Origin: Vicugna vicugna
Taxonomy: Eukaryota
Reading direction: 5' to 3'
Assembly: GCA_013265495.1 (NCBI GenBank)
Contig: MU058636.1
Span: 4,933,741 to 4,997,740, forward strand
DNA length: 64,000 bases
This document shows positions 61,068 through 64,000 of this stretch, piece after piece (positions within the stretch are counted from its first letter, which is position 1; each line of letters starts with the position of its first letter). The notes under the pieces were generated by a model. It did no database searches. It was not told the origin of the DNA and worked only from the letters and a program-made list of their open reading frames with translations. The position numbers and the translations under genes were made by a program.

Positions 61068-64000
61068 GTGAGTAAAATTGGGTTATGTCTTTTGGACATC
61101 TCTTTAAAAAGGGCAGAGTTGGGGGATTACCTGTGGAAATCGCATAGAACTGTATCTCGGTAGGGCAACTTAAAAAAGAAATCAAAGCAGAAAATGTCTA
61201 TTGGCCAAAACTAATTAGCTATAATTAGGATCTGGGAGACAGGAGTAGATAAAAAACTGTAGAATTTACTTAGCTGTTGTTAATGGGAGAGCAGTTGGAA
61301 AGGTAAAATTTAGATTTTCTGGAGTCTCCTATACTCTAGTATAAAGAACAAATCCACAGTTTTTTTATACTCATTATTGTCTGTAGAAAGTTGTCTCCTT
61401 TTCCTATATCTTATTTGTTTTATAAAAGCAACCATTTTAATCTGAGAAGAGAAGTTTTGATTCTTTCTACTGAGTACCAAACCTGAATTGTACTTTATTG
61501 TATTTTGAGAGTAAGTTACAGAATTTTACTTTTGGCACCTTTCTCTGCTTCTGATGTACAACAGTGAGTCAAGATTGATAGTATGGAAATACATGAGGCA
61601 TCTGCCATATGGTTTGATTGTCTTCATATTTATTTGGGTAATGTTACATCTTTTTCTTTGAGGCAGTGATGGTCTCCATGATTTAAATGGTTGAAGGAAG
61701 TGAGTGGCCACAGAGATTGTTAAGCTGATTATTAGTTCAGTTGTTCTTTATTTTTGAACATATTTTACCTTCTATGTTGTAGCTACCTAGACATTTATGT
61801 CGCTTGTTATATTATTTCAAGACTGGAAAACTTGCTTTAATTTGTCATTGAGGGTCTAGTACTCTTATAGTACTGTTTTATTACTGCATGGTTTATTTAT
61901 TTTTGTGTGTGTGTGCATTTTTTAAACATTTTTATTGAGTTATAGTCATTTTACAATGTTTTGTTAAATTCCAGTGTAGAGCACAATTTTTCAGTTATAC
62001 ATGAACATACATATATTCGTTGTCACATTTTGCATGGTTTATTTTTATTAAAAGAAAACGTTCCTAATGCTATTATAAATTTCACAGAAAGTCTTGGTAT
62101 TCTATCCTTAAGCACAAAATGTTAGAATGTCAGATATAAAATATTTATTATTCAAATCAAGGTATCTTTGAGCAGATTAAATTTACCAGGATGGATATTT
62201 TGTCTAGTTGAGAATTTGTGGATATTTTATTAAAAATAGTTAGCCTACAAACATAAGACATTTTTCATTTCTATGTATCTGCATTTTCTTGATTTGTTAA
62301 ATTTTTAAAGAAATGAATACATTTATTTCCTCAGGTTTGTTTATATTTTTAGCAATGATATCATCCTTACCGTTTGCTAAGAAATGAATGTTAAACACAG
62401 AGACCACACTTACAAGCTACTAGCATTTAGTGTCTTTTAGGGGTGTTATTTTTCCCAGACATCTTTTTTAATTTAAAGGACTCATATACGAGTTATTCCT
62501 GAGTTTTATACCACCATTTGAGGTGTAGACAGTGTTGAGGAATTCCTATTGTCTAGTCCTTCAGTGATCTTTGTCTTGGTGGAATGACTTCCACAGTGCT
62601 CCCATTTAGTTCTTATAGTATGTTTTCATTATTTTGTAGACGTTTATGCCCAGCAGTAACCTGATTACTTCTCTTCATTTGTTTTTCTAATTTATACTTT
62701 CACTGTTTTTAGCAACTTTCTTAGAGAAATATAGAAAGGATTTAATGTGGGATGATAGTAATTTTTTGATATGTACAAGCACAGGTATAAGTTTTATAAA
62801 TTATAAAAATTTGTTAACTTTTAAGGTGTCGTTTATGTAATTTCTAGAGTTTCCTATAACATTTTTTAAGAATATACTTAATCTCTCTTCTGTGAGGAAA
62901 TTCCAGGGAAAGGAATAGTTCCCTGCATGTAGCTCTTTTTTTGTTCCCTCATCTTTTTTCGTAATTCACCTCGGCCATCAAAGCATCTATCTTAAAAACA
63001 ATAAAATAAAGTTAGAAGAGTAACTCTGGACATTGTACCCCTTAAACTAATTGTAGTGTCAGACTGGAAGGATTACTCTACTGTTGGTTATGGCCTCTGA
63101 TACAGTAGAACTGAGGGTCTGCTCTGAGAGGAACACTGTTACCCACAGCTGCTCTGAGAATTCAGTAATACATTGGACAGTTCATTACTCAGAAGTCTAG
63201 CCGTACAGCAAAGTGGAAATCCATGCAGTCTGTCTCAAGGCCCAAGTCATAGACATTGATACTTGGTGGCCAGCCCTACTTGTTGATTAGTATTTGCAGC
63301 ACCACCTAGTGGATGCCAGATGGTCACCTTTGCATTAGAGTTGTATTTAAATGTTCCTGTCAAGGTAGACGTTTTGTTAAGTCTTATTTGAAGTAGTAAT
63401 ATTACAGATTGAGGCTTCGTTGTGACGACTAATACTGAAATTAGCGAAAGTTTCTTCACAGAATTCGAACTATATCATTTTTCACCATTTTTGTTTCTGT
63501 CCCACTTCTTTTATGTAAATGTTTGCTTCCTTCTGTTCTTCCATACATGCCATTGAGTCCTACTAATGAACCGTCCATATCATATTATCTTTTACAGTGG
63601 CACAAGAAATATTTTGTTTGATGCTTTAGTAGTTATTTCATGGTAGTCTTTTTTAATGTCTAGGGATGCATCTTTGTCATCCTCTCTTGAATCTGTTTAT
63701 ATATTCTTTTCTAGCTCAATGTTGTAAAAGTGAGATGAAGTACTATGTAAGGCTAATTTTAAACTTTTAAAATCTGGGTAGCAGGTATGATGGATAAATG
63801 AAAAGTATTTTACTTAGTCTTTTAAAGAAAAGTTGTATTTACTTCATAGTTTTAGAATGATTTTGTCCTCTCAGATAGACACTTTCAGGGTTCACATGAA
63901 ATTGAATTTATTGGAATTTAACCTTTGTAATTAGTACGGTTTTTATTTCAGATGAATGTTATTTTTACATGGAGATTTTATTACTTGATTTTTTTTTTTT
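61068..64000 (+). other. PDS5B: PDS5B intron 2; the terminal poly-T is probably the polypyrimidine tract of the next exon just beyond the window
   Basis: Starts GTGAGT. No further PDS5B coding sequence is seen, and the window ends ttacttgattttttttttt. The position of the next exon is inferred. Confidence 0.75.
63296..63315 (-). promoter_or_regulatory. Candidate CTCF-binding site
   Basis: The minus strand CATCCACTAGGTGGTGCTGC matches the CTCF core CCASYAGRKGGCRC except for one C>T, and lies in apparently non-repetitive intronic DNA. Confidence 0.6.

Noticed and set aside
61068..61163. ORF track extends the PDS5B ORF to 67 aa (VSKIGLCLL...)
   Set aside because: This is read-through into the intron past the AAG|GTGAGT donor; similarity to PDS5B ends at codon 36.
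1..64000. A previously undescribed multi-component biological system
   Set aside because: The window is explained by one PDS5B exon, intronic DNA, known repeat classes and one retrocopy. I saw no unexplained long ORF, array or structured RNA cluster.

Overview
AT-rich mammalian genomic DNA, probably from a camelid: it carries four tRNA-Ala-derived vic-1-type SINEs, and I saw no Alu, Bov-A or Bov-B. It lies inside the cohesin-regulator gene PDS5B on the + strand. About 61 kb of the long first intron is followed by the first coding exon (60941-61067, ATG at 60960, [10 protein letters not shown]...MVRRLK) and most of the next intron. The first intron is dense with mostly antisense LINE-1 pieces, L2/MIR, ERV1/ERVL/MaLR LTRs and hAT/Tigger DNA-transposon relics. 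It also holds a full-length, disabled processed pseudogene of RPS6 on the - strand. All other ORFs in the track look spurious or are decayed retroelement fragments. I found no convincing novel multi-gene system. The best second-look items are the RPS6 retrocopy joined head-to-head to an L1 3' end, two candidate 5'-UTR microexons, a strong CTCF-like motif in intron 2, a four-level nested TE stack and several micro-rearrangement scars. Repeat family names come from recognising consensus sequences by eye and their boundaries are approximate. No database search was run.
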